64,000 bases of DNA from Malacoraja senta (taxonomy: Eukaryota), in the NCBI GenBank assembly GCA_038087875.1, contig CM075988.1, positions 16,618,001-16,682,000 of the forward strand, given 5' to 3'. A model generated the notes under the pieces. It was not told the DNA's origin. It searched no databases and saw only the letters and a list, made by a program, of their open reading frames with translations. A program made the position numbers and the translations under genes. This document shows, in pieces, positions 23,926 to 36,665 of this stretch (positions are counted from its first letter, which is position 1; the number at the start of each line of letters is the position of its first letter).

Positions 23926-26900
23926 AGCAACAGGGATGCTTTGGCCCAGAGTCCTGTATGCCGGGAAGTGTGGACTGATACCAAGATCAGGAAGTGTTTC
24001 TCTGTTTAATCAGCTCAATGTTGCTGATACAACCTTTGTTTGGCTAATGAGGAATTAAATTATTCATGTACTAGTTTCATTAAATATTTCAATTAGTAAT
24101 ATAATTAATAATGAGCCCATAAACTTTTATGTACACAAAAGAATGGCTGCTACAGTTTTGTGCTTAGAAGAGCTATTCTCGGTGGCTGGCTGCAGGAGCC
24201 ACAATAGATTATACTAATAAAACCTTCCAAAGCATAGCCCCGAGCGAACTGGACTGTACTTCACGAGCTGAAGGCGGCAGATTACACTGGAAACGGGCCG
24301 TTAATCTTACTTTAGGAAAACAAATCCTGCTTTCAGATAAGTCATTCTTCATCCTCAGAGGGAGAGAATGTACCTGCATTCCTGGGGTCTCTGCCTTGTT
24401 ACTGTGGTTACATTCAGGTCCTCGTTTATAACCGAATGACCCTTCACGGTGGCAAAATGGAGGTGGTGCAACTGGGGTGTTGGAGAAGGGAGGAGGGGGG
24501 AACGATACAATATTCAGTTGAAATGCGAACCGTTATCTGCGACAGAGGAAATCCCAGGACTTCCTCAGATCTTTTCATTCCAATTTTTTCCAATTCCTTC
24601 TTTGAAAATACCATACCGTGTCGTGGATTTAGTTATCTTACAACTCATGTGGCAGTTCCTCGTGTGACACTGCGGAAACTGTGTGGCACGGACATTGTGG
24701 ACTGAAGGGCCTGTTCCTCTGCTGCAGTGCGGTATCTTCTGTGTTCTAAGATCACCGTGGCCCGGTGGAGCAACTGGTAGAGCTGCTGCCGCATAGAGCC
24801 AGAGACCCGGGTTCAAGCCTGACCTCAGGTGCTGCCTGTGCAGAGTTTGCACTTTCTCCCTGTGACTGCGTGGGTTCCCTCCAGGGGCTCCGGTTTCCAC
24901 CCGCACTCCCAAGAGGATGTGGGGTTTGTAGGTTAATTGGATTATGTAAAATTGTCCCTAATGTATAGGGAGTGGATCAGAAAGTGGAATAACATGGAAC
25001 TGGTGTGAAGGTATGATCGATGGTCAGACCGGGGATAAATGGGCTGAAGGGCCTGTTTCCATGCTGTATCTCTAAACTAAACTCAACATCGACGATGGTA
25101 GTATGGCTGGAGTTTTCAGAGATAGGAAGGATAGAGCACAGAACATTTAATTCTACTGACGATTGATCTAATGGTAAATGTTATGGATGGGAGTCTTAAT
25201 CCCAGGTTTGTTACTGCTGGTATTTCACTCTCTATTGGGTTGTTCGAGGCACCATCTGAGATGGTTGGCAGAAGCTAACAATCCCAGAGGGGTTTTCACT
25301 GGTAAAGGCCAGGAACACATTCTCACATTGGCCTTTGTCCTCAACGCACCTCAACTTGGGACACCTGATAAAATATCCCGCTAGACTGAGAGACTGCCAA
25401 CAATTGCTGGATCATTTCCACTGGTGTTCAGTGCATTGTGTTATGATCTGCCTCGTTATCCGTGCAGTGTAAAGACCTATTTATGCTGGCACGTTACACG
25501 TGTTCGAGTAGGGAAAAGGGAAGAAGGGTGACGCAGCTGCCTTACAGCGCCAGAGACCCGGATCCGATCCTGACTGGAAAGAGTTTGTACGTTCACCCCG
25601 TGACCTGCGTGGGTTTTCTCCGGGATCTCCGGTTTCCTCCCGCACTCCAAAGATGTACAGGTTTGTAGGTTAATGGCTTGGTATAATTGTAAATTGTTCC
25701 TTGTGTGTGTGTCGGATGGCGTTAATGTGCGGCGTCGCTGGTCGGCATGGACTTGTTGGGCCGAAGGGCCTGTTTCTGTGCTGTATCTCCAAATAGCTAA
25801 ATAAACAAAACTAAACTAAATGAAAATTGAGAGAAGCCCCCAAAGATTCCTAACGTGTTGAGAGTTTCATTCATTTTACTGATTATGGATGATCAGCCAT
25901 GATGACAATGAATGGCGGTGCAGGCTCGAAGGGCCAAATGGCCTCCTCCTGCACCTATTTTCTATATTTCTATGTAACTTTTCAGGTCGGTCGGACTGTC
26001 CAATCTGAATAAGGGTTCTGACCCGAAATGTGAACCATCTTTTTTCTCCAGATATGCTGCCTTCTCGCTGAGTTACTCCAGCACTTTGTGTCTATCTTGA
26101 GTTGCATGATCTGTTCAGAAGAATTAAATGTAGAATGTACAATTGAGTCCTTTTGCAGTCCTTGGAAATAATAGGCAGCTTGCAGTAAGCCACAGATTTA
26201 GCAAGGAAACGGTCTGCTCTGAAATCTTTATTGCTTCAGTCCTGGGAGGGAAGCCTTGTAATAAATTAGCAGGAAGTATGGGCACGGAGTCTGACGTGGA
26301 TTCCCAGACCACTGGATGTTTCTCCTCTTTGCACTTTCTGCTGCCAGACTTATTCTCACAATGCCCAGGCGAGCTGTGTGCTGCAAGCTAGCCTCAGGCC
26401 CAGGCACGCTGAGTGTGGCTCTAAATATACATCATTGAACAGTCAGGTCGGAATACAGGAAGGAATTTATGTGGCATCTTCCCAGGGACAGGTGAGGGCT
26501 TGGCTCCGTCCCCATTATCCGTCCAATCTTGCACTCGTTGACCCCGTGACTGTCGACATGGGATCTTGTCAGCCCACAACCCAGCCAATTTCTGCACATA
26601 CCCACTCCTTTTTTTGTAACTCCTCGAGGCACCTTAAACCAACATTTGCCTTCGGAGCTTTGTCACTGGGATAATGCAGTGAAACACTGCTGCAAAATTC
26701 CACACAGAGAGAGATCCTGTAAAGACGCAAACAACTCGTTTTAAGCTGTGACGTTTGGGGGAATACAGTTGGCCTGGGTGCTGCAGAGAACTCCCTTGTT
26801 TCCCTTTCAGAATTCACTGTAGGATGGGTGACTCCAACCAGAAACAGCACAAGGGGCCACAATTAAATTCTTGTTCAATAGACAGCACCTCTTACACTGC

Positions 26901-27908
26901 AGCAATCCTTCAGCATGGTACTAACATGTCAGAGAGCGCATCTGTCAATCAAAAGGTCATAAGGAATAGGAATAGAATTAGCCCATTCAGCCCATCAAGT
27001 CTACTCCGTCATTCAATCGTGGCTGATCTATCTCTCCCTCGTAAATCCATTCTCCTGCCTTCTCCCTATAACCTGTGACACCAGTACTAATCCAGAATCT
27101 ATCTATCTCTGCCTTAAAAATATCCACTGACTTGGCCTCCACAGCCCTCTGTGGCAAATAATTCCACAATGGGAGGTGGGATTAGTTGATGAGATACTAT
27201 GATATTGTCCTTCATAACCATGTGTCTCCATGTACATGTTTGGTGCACTTTTACAGGCCTTATTGTCTGGAAATATGATGCCATGCAGCCAAACAATGAT
27301 TTCCAGCCTTATGAATTGGGCGGTGGGGTGGTGCCGCGAGCAGAGCTCAGCACCAGAGACTCTGCTGCGACCCTGACCTCAGGTGCGTTCTGTGTGGAGT
27401 TTGCACGTTCTTCCTGTGGCTGTGTGTGTTTCCTCCAGGTCCCCTGCATCCCGAAGACATGCGTTTTTTTCCTATCCGTCCGCTTTTCTCTCATGCACAA
27501 AATAACGTAATCACTGTCGATTTGGCAGCTTCCACTGTTGAAGGACATCACAAATGTCCACAACAGCGGCGCAGCTGGTAGAGCTGCTACCTCACAGCGC
27601 CATAGACTGAGTTCAATCCTGACCTCAGGTGCTGTCCATGTGGTTTTCCCCTCTACCTGTGACCATGTGGGTTTCTACTGGGTGTTCTGGTTTCCTCCCA
27701 CATCCCATAGATGTGGGGATTTGTCGCTTAATTGGCCTCTGTAAATTGCCCCAAGTGTGTAGGGAGTGGACGCCGAACTGGGATAAGTCCGTAAGTGATA
27801 GGAGCAGAATTAGGCCATTCGGCCCATCAAGTCTACTCTGCATTCAACCATGGCTGATCTATCTCTTTCTCTTAACACCATTCTCCTGCCTTCTCCCCAT
27901 AACCCCTG

Positions 27909-28148
27909 TTCGATGGCAATCTGTTCGATGACGTTGAGCTTGGCGGTGGTAAGGCCTTCAACATTGAGCTGCAGTAGCATTAAACCACGACAGTTGGCGG
28001 CATTTAACGGTGCCGCCTGGCCTGGGGAGGCAAGGCTTTTAGCGGTCTGCAGACGCGGTAAAGACATTGGTTTCGCTTTGTGGGCTTATGAGCCTGTAAG
28101 CTACTCGTGGAGGAGGCTGCGTAGAGGCTCTCTCTGTCCCATGACCCC
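27909..28148 (-). mobile_element. 5' fragment of an Ingi/Vingi-like LINE, nested in a CR1 tail within an HE1-like SINE
   Basis: Encodes LMLLQLNVEGLTTAKLNVIEQIA (APE endonuclease first motif); flanked by cccat(a/g)acccctg at 27896-27908 and 28138-28150. Confidence 0.55.
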
Positions 28149-30536
28149 TGATGACACAGAACTAGAGTGAACAGGTAATTGATGGTGAGTGTGGACTCGA
28201 TGGGCTGAAGGGCCTATTTCCATGCTATATCTCTAAACTGAACTAAACTAAACTAAGCCCAAACCAAACTATCCTTTCCCATCACAGGCATGCGACCTGC
28301 TATTTCAGGATCAGCCCCGAGTCAACAGGTTTCAGTCTTTTGTCTTCATCATTTATTCACGAGCTGTTGGCGGACAGACTGCCTGAGTGCCTGTGATGCG
28401 TTTTGCTGGTATCATGTCTTAGCACAGTGGGCGAGGTGGGAAGAGCAGCGTCATGTGGAAAGGTTCAATCAATAGACCACAAGACCCTCCAGGAACAGAC
28501 ATCGATTCCAGAGACATGACATTGTCAAGACACGATGTAAGTGCCCGCTGGCTGGGAACTTACTTACTGCTGATCTGCTGCTGACTTGCCTAAAACTACT
28601 CGCACCTCTTTATATTTAATGAACTCCCTACCTCCTTCCTAAACCCCCCCCCATCCATTTGCTGCTTGCAAATAAAAGGAAAGGTAAGGTAGCCAAATGA
28701 GGGATGTCACAGTGGTGCAGCGGGTAGAGTTGCTGCCTCACCAGCGCCAGAGACCCCCCCCCCCCATTCAATCCTGACCTGGGGTGCAGTCTGTGTGGAG
28801 TTTGCACGTTCTTCCTGTGACGGCGTGGGTTACCTCCGGGTACTTTGGCTTCCACCCACAATCCAAAGATGTGCTAGTTTATAGGTTAATTGGCCTCTGC
28901 TAATTTCCCCAAATGTGTCGGGAGTGGATGAGAAAGTTGGATAACAGTGAACTAGTGTGAACGGGAGATTAATGGTCGGCGTGGAGTCGGTGGGGCAAAG
29001 GGCCTGTTTCCATGCTGTATCTTTCAATCAACCAACTAATATTGTCAATTGAGCCCACTGTAATAATACAACCACATGTTTGAAGGGGGACTGGAACCGA
29101 AACATCACCAGTTCCTTTTCTCCGGCGATGCTGCCTGACCCGCTGAGGCACTTTGTGTCTATCTTTGGTGTAAACCAGTATCTGCAGTTCCTTCCTACAC
29201 AAGTGTTTGAAGGGGTTTGATACACTCAGCAATCTAAAAGGTTCAAACTCCAATCCCGCACTTCTGATTTAAACCCCATTGTCATTTGCTTTTTTGGATG
29301 TCATCAGTCGGGCTTTTTATGATCACGTTGCCGTGGGTAACTCGTTCCGACCTAGAGCCCTGTACATCTTTGGAGTGTGGGAGGAAACCGTAGCAACCGG
29401 AGAAAACCCACGCGGTCACAGGGAGAATGTACAAACTCCGTACAACCAGCACCCGTCATCAGGATCAAAACCAGGTCTCTGGCGATGTAAAGAAGCAACA
29501 CAACTGCTGCACCACTGTCAGTGTGTTTCCATTTCCCTCCCCTGGTCTTGTTGGACTGTGCATTTCCTGTGCCCATATCTATTGTCTATTGTCTCTGAGT
29601 GAGGAACCCATCACAAAGTTGAATGGTGATAGTCTTCCTTCCAAATTTCCCCTTTTCCTGTCGTCCCCACAACATATAAGGGGACCAGAAACTCATTGGA
29701 TCGACTTTGGAAAACACTCACTCTGTACCCTTGTCCTTACCCATTTACATGCTGGCTCTTTTCACTCGTTTTGTAGATAAAACAGTAATTGGAATCGAGG
29801 CAGCGAGAAAAATCTAATATCAAATTCCTATTTCACAGCCTTTCAAGATAGAAACCTAAGCAGTCACCTCTGGAGCAAGGGGACAGGCACTTTGAATCAA
29901 ATAATGAATAGCGTTAAAGCTCTCTCCACACTTCTAATGGTCCTCATTAAAACAAACTCAAGACTGCGCTACAGGCAGCACTATCATAATCGCAGGGCAG
30001 ATAATGAAAAGAAAGTTGCTCACAACTGGATAGCAACAGAAAGCACTATGCATGCCTTAACTATTGAAAAACACCTCTCACTCCAGGCAGAAGCGAGCTG
30101 ATGATAGGTTCAGGAAAGGCACCATGAAGCACAGGGTAAGGGTGGCACATTGGCGCAGCTGGTAATGCTGCTGCCTCACAGCGCCAGAGAACCGGGTTCA
30201 GTCCTGAGCTTGGTTGCTGTCTGTGTTGTAGTTTGCACGTTCTCCCTGTGACTGGGTGGGTTTCCTCCAGGTGCACTGGTTTCCACCCACATTGCAAGGA
30301 TGTGGAGGTTTGTAGGTTAATTGACCTCTGAAAATTGCCCCTGGTGTGTAGGGAGTGGATGGGAAAGTGGGATAAAATGGAACTAGTACAAACGGGTGAT
30401 GGATGCTCAGTGTGGACTCAGGGTCAAAGGGCTTATTTCCATGCTGTATCTGTGAAAATAATCAGTTCACTGAGATGGGTCCTTTATTTTATCACACACA
30501 GTTTAATCGGGGTACTGATTGTGAATGATCGGCCAT

Positions 30537-30770
30537 GACAATAGACAATAGACAATAGGTGCAGGAGTAGGCCATTTGGCCCTTCGAGCCAGCACCGCCA
30601 TTCAATGTGATCATTGCTGATCATCCCCAATCAGTACCCCATTCCTGCCTTCTCCCCATATCCCCTGATTCCACTATTTTTAAGAGCCCTAAGAGCCATG
30701 ATCACGGTAAATGGCGGTGCTGGCTCGAAGGGCCGAATGGCCTACTCCTGCACCTATTGTCTATTGTCTA
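30537..30770. mobile_element. head-to-head pair of CR1 3' tails
   Basis: (gacaata)n-ggtgcaggagtaggcc... on the left is the reverse complement of ...ggcctactcctgcacc-(tattgtc)n on the right. Confidence 0.8.
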
Positions 30771-31730
30771 ATCCATAAGAGAGCATAATTTTGCATTAGG
30801 GAAGCCCTTTGACCCCCATGTTTACCAATACCCTCTACTCCAGGCCTCCACTTTTGCAAACAACAATCCAATCACCATGGCTACAGGTTCCCAGCGACAC
30901 ACCTTAGCTCTATGTGAACCAGTACGTAAATTAATAGTTCTTGGTATTTATCGTCAGTTTTACCTGTTACAACCTTGTGTTTGTCATGTTGACACAAGGA
31001 ACTGCATATGATAGTTCATAAAGAAGAGACAAAGTGCTGGAGTAACTCAGTGGTTCAGGCAGCATCTCTGGAAAATATGGATAGGTGATGTTTCAGGTTG
31101 GGTCTGAAGAAGGGTCTCGACCCAAAATGTTACCCGTTCTCCAGAGAAGCTGCCTGACCCACTGAATTCTCTAGCACTTTGAGTGTTTTTTTGATGGAAA
31201 GTTGTTTTTTATTGCAAAGGGATGTAGATTTTGTGCCTTTACTACAGAAGATCTGCCTTTTAGTTCCTGAATCGCAAAGGTTAATAAAGGTGAATTCTAA
31301 AAGATTCATCTCCAGCCCAGTACAGCAGCAGGAACATCAGGAAGGATGAGACTGTTCCACCCATCACGGCTGTTCTGTTCCTGAACTCCAAGTGCCCACA
31401 AAATAATTTAGCTTTAACAAAAATCTAACGTCTTGGATTTAAAGCAATGTACCTGCCAAGCATCAACCACTATTTGTGGAACAATGCTCCAAACACCTGT
31501 CTCGGAACACAGCTGTCTTTTTACCTCATTTCTTTAAAGTGCAGCTTTAATTTTTAGATGAAGCCTCTTCTCCTACTTTGGAGACACAGAGTCGTACAGC
31601 ATGGAAACAGGCCCTTTGGCCCAACATGCCCACACGGACCAGTTTGTCCCATTACACTATCCCACCTGCCTACGTTTGGCCCAGATCCCTAGAAACCTTT
31701 CCAATCCATGCACCTGTCTAATTGTTTCTT

Positions 31731-32332
31731 TTTTTTTTTATTTTTTTTAATTTTTATTTATTTATTTATTTATTTATTTATTTTTTATTTTTTTATTTTT
31801 ATTTTTTTTATTTTTTAGAAGTACGGTAGATTACAGTAATGTACAACACGTATATATTAATACATTTTTTGTACCGCTTCACTTTTTTAAACTTTAAGAA
31901 AGAAAAAGAAAGAAGTAAGAAAAGTGAAGAAAGTGCACAAAGGTTGTGAAGTGCAAAAGAGTGTTGGGAAAAGAAAGCCCCTTAGAAAAGAAGTTAGAGA
32001 AGGAAGTAAAGTTAGAAAATAGACCCTAGAAAAAAAAAGAGAAAGAAAGAAGGAACAATCGCTCTATTATAACTCTTATACCATACTTCATAGAGAAGGA
32101 ACTACCAACCAAGTCTGTTTTTATTTTACCTCCCATTACCAGGTCCAGATACCTTTTATTTATTTATTTGTTTTTCTAAATTACTATTGCACCTCATGCT
32201 TGTAATAGGTCCAAAAACGTAGACCACGTCTTTTGAAATTGATCTACTTTGCCTACTAGGAGGAATCTCATCTCTTCCAGATGTAATGTTTCCAACATAT
32301 TTGATGTCCACATTTTTATTGTTGGTGTGGGC
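31731..32332 (-). mobile_element. L1-clade 3' fragment with A-rich tail and 15-bp TSD
   Basis: TSD gtctaattgtttctt at 31716-31730 and 32333-32347; T-rich tail ~31731-31816; minus strand encodes PTPTIKMWTSNMLETLHLEEMRF...FQKTWSTFLDLLQA*, resembling an L1 ORF2 C-terminus. Confidence 0.8.
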
Positions 32333-33494
32333 GTCTAATTGTTTCTTAAACGTTGCTTTCTACCTTAATAGTTTCCCTAATGTCTCAAAAATAAAGTCCA
32401 ATCTCCCCTTCTTGAGTTCATATTGGGCAGCAACATTGCAATTTCTCCCCCATCTTTCAAAGGGTTAACTCCGATACTATTCTGAAAGTTAAGGTTGGAT
32501 CTATTTCATTCAATTCCTTTGAGCCGTGCGGAGCAGCTTGTGCCAACAGTTTTCCAATCATACTGGATGTTTGCTCAGTCTGTTTCTGAAATTCATTGAA
32601 CAGGAGAAACTGATTTCACCGACAGAGGAACAGAGGTGGAATGAAAGTGGGAAAAATCTCAGGGGTAATACAGGGCTCCACATGTTATTGAAGACCTGAC
32701 ATAGAAAACTAAGAATAAATGCTTTGTCAGCCTAACAAAATATTAAAACCTTTCATGGTATACCTGGCATGGTGCCTTACAGAGTTTACAGCGCCAAAGA
32801 CCCGGGTTCGATCCTGGCTACGGGTGCTTGTCTGTACGGAGTTTGAACGTTCTCCCCGTGACCTGCATGGGTTTACTCTGAGAACTTTGGTTTCCTCTTA
32901 CACTTCAAAGACGTACAGGTTTGTTGGTTAATTGGCTTGGTAAAATGTAAATTGTCCCTAGTTAGTGTAGGATAGTGTTGACATGCGGGGATCGCTGGTC
33001 GGTGCCGACACGGTGGATCGAAGTCTGTTTCTGCTCTGTATCTCTAAACTAAGCAACTGTGCTGATGAAAATATGTTTAAAAAATGAAGCTATGTTTCAT
33101 AGTTCTATTGTTTAAATGCCTTATTCAGCCTGAACATATTGTAATGTAGAACTATAGCACTGAATATACTGCTATATAAACAGTGTATTATCGAGAAATC
33201 AATGGCTCTCACAGTGTGGTGTTACAGTGTTGTGCAGAATGCAAGGCCATTAATGGGTGCTAATTGGTGTACAAAACAAATGACCCCCTAGGATCTAATC
33301 AATAGAAAATTTACAATCACAGCACCACTATTGACAATTAAGAAACGCACTGTCCCTTAGCCAACAACTTGCTAATCAATGTCAGTTCAATTTCTTAAAT
33401 CAAGAATCAACCATCTGGTGATCTCTGTAAGTAGCTGGGTCAATTATAAATCAGGAAATGGATTATGACGTGGGTCAAACAGAAACAAATACTT

Positions 33495-33874
33495 GGGCTG
33501 CTTACAACCCAGCGGTATGAATATTGATTTCTCCGAATTCAAGTAATCCTTGCATCTCCTCTCTCTCCGTCCCTCCCCCACCCTAGCCATCGTACTGGTT
33601 TCGCAGTCATCCTGTTGAGTTTCACCATTTGTATAACTTGTTATCACCTACCCCACAGCCAACAATGGACCATTGTGGGCTCCACCATTCCTTGATCATC
33701 GTTGCTTTTTGCTTTTCTTTCATTCCTTTGTTCTATGTACCTTCTATATCTCTCGTTTCCCTTTTCCCAGACTCTCAGTCTGAAGAAGGGTCTCGACCCG
33801 AAAAGTAATCTATTCCTTTTCTGCAGAGATGCTGCCTGACCCGCTGAGTTATTCCAGCTTTTTGTGTCTGTCTT
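33495..33874 (+). mobile_element. Penelope-like element 3' end (GIY-YIG C-terminus, UTR, hammerhead-like motif) with 14-bp TSD
   Basis: 33493-33546 reads LGCLQPSGMNIDFSEFK* (PLE GIY-YIG L..P.G.N terminus); TSD agaaacaaatactt at 33481-33494 and 33875-33888; ctgaagaagggtctcgacccgaaa at 33780. Confidence 0.8.
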
Positions 33875-36277
33875 AGAAACAAATACTTTGCAGCTTCAGG
33901 GACGTTTGCATCTTCTGCTCTCTCGTATTGGTACATTGTCTGAGGAACATAACCAAGGTAAAGACAACTCAGGCCCTTATTTAGTTGAAGAGTGATTAAC
34001 CCTATTTATCTAACTTGGTTCCTGTATCACAAAGCTTACTACTGAAGGAACTCAGAGGGTCAGGCAGTATCTGTGGAAGGAAATGGATCAACGACGTTCT
34101 GATGCAACAAATTAAACTCCCCCTCCCATCCCCCCCCCCCCCCCCCACCCCACGCCCCCCACCCCCTCCTCTCTCCTTCTCATTAACTCAAATTAGAAAT
34201 GGATTTATCTGAGAGGTAACTTTTTGACACAAAGGGCGGTGGGTGTATGGAACGAGCTACTGGAGGTGGTTGTTGAGGCAGGGACTACCGCAACGTTTAA
34301 GAAACATCTAGACAGGTACATGGATAGGATAGGTTTAGCGGGATATGGGCCAAACACAGGCAGGTGGGACGAGTGTAGATGGGGTATGATGGTCAGAGTG
34401 GGCAAGTTGGGCTGAAGGGCTGTTTCCATGCTGTAATGCTCTATGGCTCCATCTATGACTATGATTATGCCAAGTATTTCATGCACGATATCAAGCAGGT
34501 AGTGCACATGAACAAGGGTGAATTTCCTAAGCAACACCTTTAATCTGCATTCTCAGCAAAGAAAGGAATGGTGCCCAGCATTTCTCGAGAAAAGGAAAAG
34601 GTGACGTTTCTGGTCGAGATCCTTCTTTAACCCGAAACGTCACCTATTCCTTTTTTCCAGAGATGCTGTCTGACCCGCTGAGTTACTCCGACTTTTTGTG
34701 TCTATCTTTGGTTTAAACCAGCATCTGCAGTTCATTCCTACACAAGGAATGGTCCCCTGTTTTACATGCCCTGTACATTGGATGAATTCATGACATTATT
34801 GGATGAATCCATAACATGTCGTCTTATGGAGACACAAGGGTCTGCAGGTGCTGGTTTGCAAAAAAAGACACAAAGTGCCAGAGTAACTCAGCTGGTCAGG
34901 CAGCATCTCTGGAGAACTTGGATCGGTGGCATTTCGGCAAGGGACCCTTCTATCGTCTTTTACTGTTCACCCAAAATATTCTTTCATGCATCTGACATTC
35001 TCCAGATGTGAATGACACCATTTTTTTTAGCCCCTCCACCAACTTCTGACTTGGATTGTGGTCATAGGCTGAGCTCAATATGATTGGAGCCCAGTTCTCG
35101 ATCCTGTAATCTAGGCTGCTGAATAATGGGTGAAGGCAGCCAAAATGGGTGGGAGGCATTAACCGAAGGAGTGCAGAGATATGGTAGGATAGTCTGGGCT
35201 AGAGAGATAGAAGGAACTAATTATGGAGAGAACAATGATGCAAGGTGTTTATAGGTGATGTTTCGGGTCGAGACCCATCTTCGGACTGAGAGTCAGGGGA
35301 GAGGGAACCGAGAGATATGAAAAGGCACACAGAACAAATTAATGAAAGATATGCAAAAAAAAAGATCAAAGCCAGCAACGATGAAAAGGTGGAGCCCACA
35401 ATGGTCCATTGTTGGCTGGGGTTCCCTCTTCCCTGACTCTCAGTCTGAAGAAGGGTCGCGACCCGAAACATCACCTGTCCCTTTTCTCCAGAGATGCTGC
35501 CTGACCCGCTGAGTTGCTCCAACATTTTGTGTCTATCTTCAGTGTAATCCAGTGTCTCCAGTTTGTTCCTACACGAGATGTTTATATGCCTGGGTACCTG
35601 AGAGAGCTCCAACACCCAGCTGCTGACTGGCCCTCGGTAACAGAATGGCAACTTTGAAATGCTAAGCAAGGCACCTACAGCTCCTGTAAGTACTTCAAGT
35701 CTAAAACTCCCCGACTCATTGTCAGCTATGTATTTTCACAGATGTGTAACAGGTCCTAACCTGACACCATTTTTTTTGTGGTGTATTATCAGCTCCCTTC
35801 CAATTTCAAAGGACCCTTCATATGAACTGAACAACACCGCCAGAGAAAATAATTACAGACTGAAGTCCTTTTCCAGCTTAATCTCTTGAAAGGGACTACA
35901 GGGATGGATTACTGTTTGGGAGCCAGAGATAACAGACTCAAAGGAAAGCTCCTACACTGCCACATGTGGTAACAGCAAGCTCCGCAAGCAACAACTTCAA
36001 AGGCGGCTGAATTACATGAATGTTAATGGGATTGCGTCAACTTATCTATTTCGCCACATCAATGTATAAGAAACTAATCGGGTTACTCGATTACTTGTAG
36101 CTCCTGGGTTTGTTCTGTAGCATATGTACACACTTAATGGACAATTGTCTGCTTCTCTCCATGGCTATCAAAACCAACGGCAGTAAATCAACAACTATCA
36201 CCTCTGTAGCAATGCTAATGTTGCAAAATGCTCCAAGCTGCAGACGAGGTAGCTGAGAAAGGTACTATATTTACAAC

Positions 36278-36665
36278 GAGGGGGGAGCTCATTGAAACGT
36301 ACAGAATAGTGAAAGGCTTGGATAGAGTGGATGTGGAGAGGATGTTTCCACTAGTGGGAGAACCTAGGACTAGAGGTCATAGCCTCAGAATTAAAAGATG
36401 TTGCTTTAGGAAGGAGATGAGGAGGAATTTCTTGAGTCAGACGGTGGTGAATCTGTGGAATTCTTTGTCACAGAAGGCTGTGGAGGCCACGTCAATGGAT
36501 ATTTTCATGGCAGAGATTGATAGATTCTTGATTAGTACAGGTGTCAGAGGTTATGTGAAGAAGGCAGGAGAATGGGGTTAGGAGGGAGAGAAAGATCAGC
36601 CATGATTGATTGGCGGAGTAGACTTAATGGGCTGAATGACCTAATTCTGCTCCTATCACTTATGA
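36278..36665 (+). mobile_element. CR1 3' fragment
   Basis: RGELIETYRIVKGLDRVDVERMFPLVGE...; CR1 3' UTR. Confidence 0.85.
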
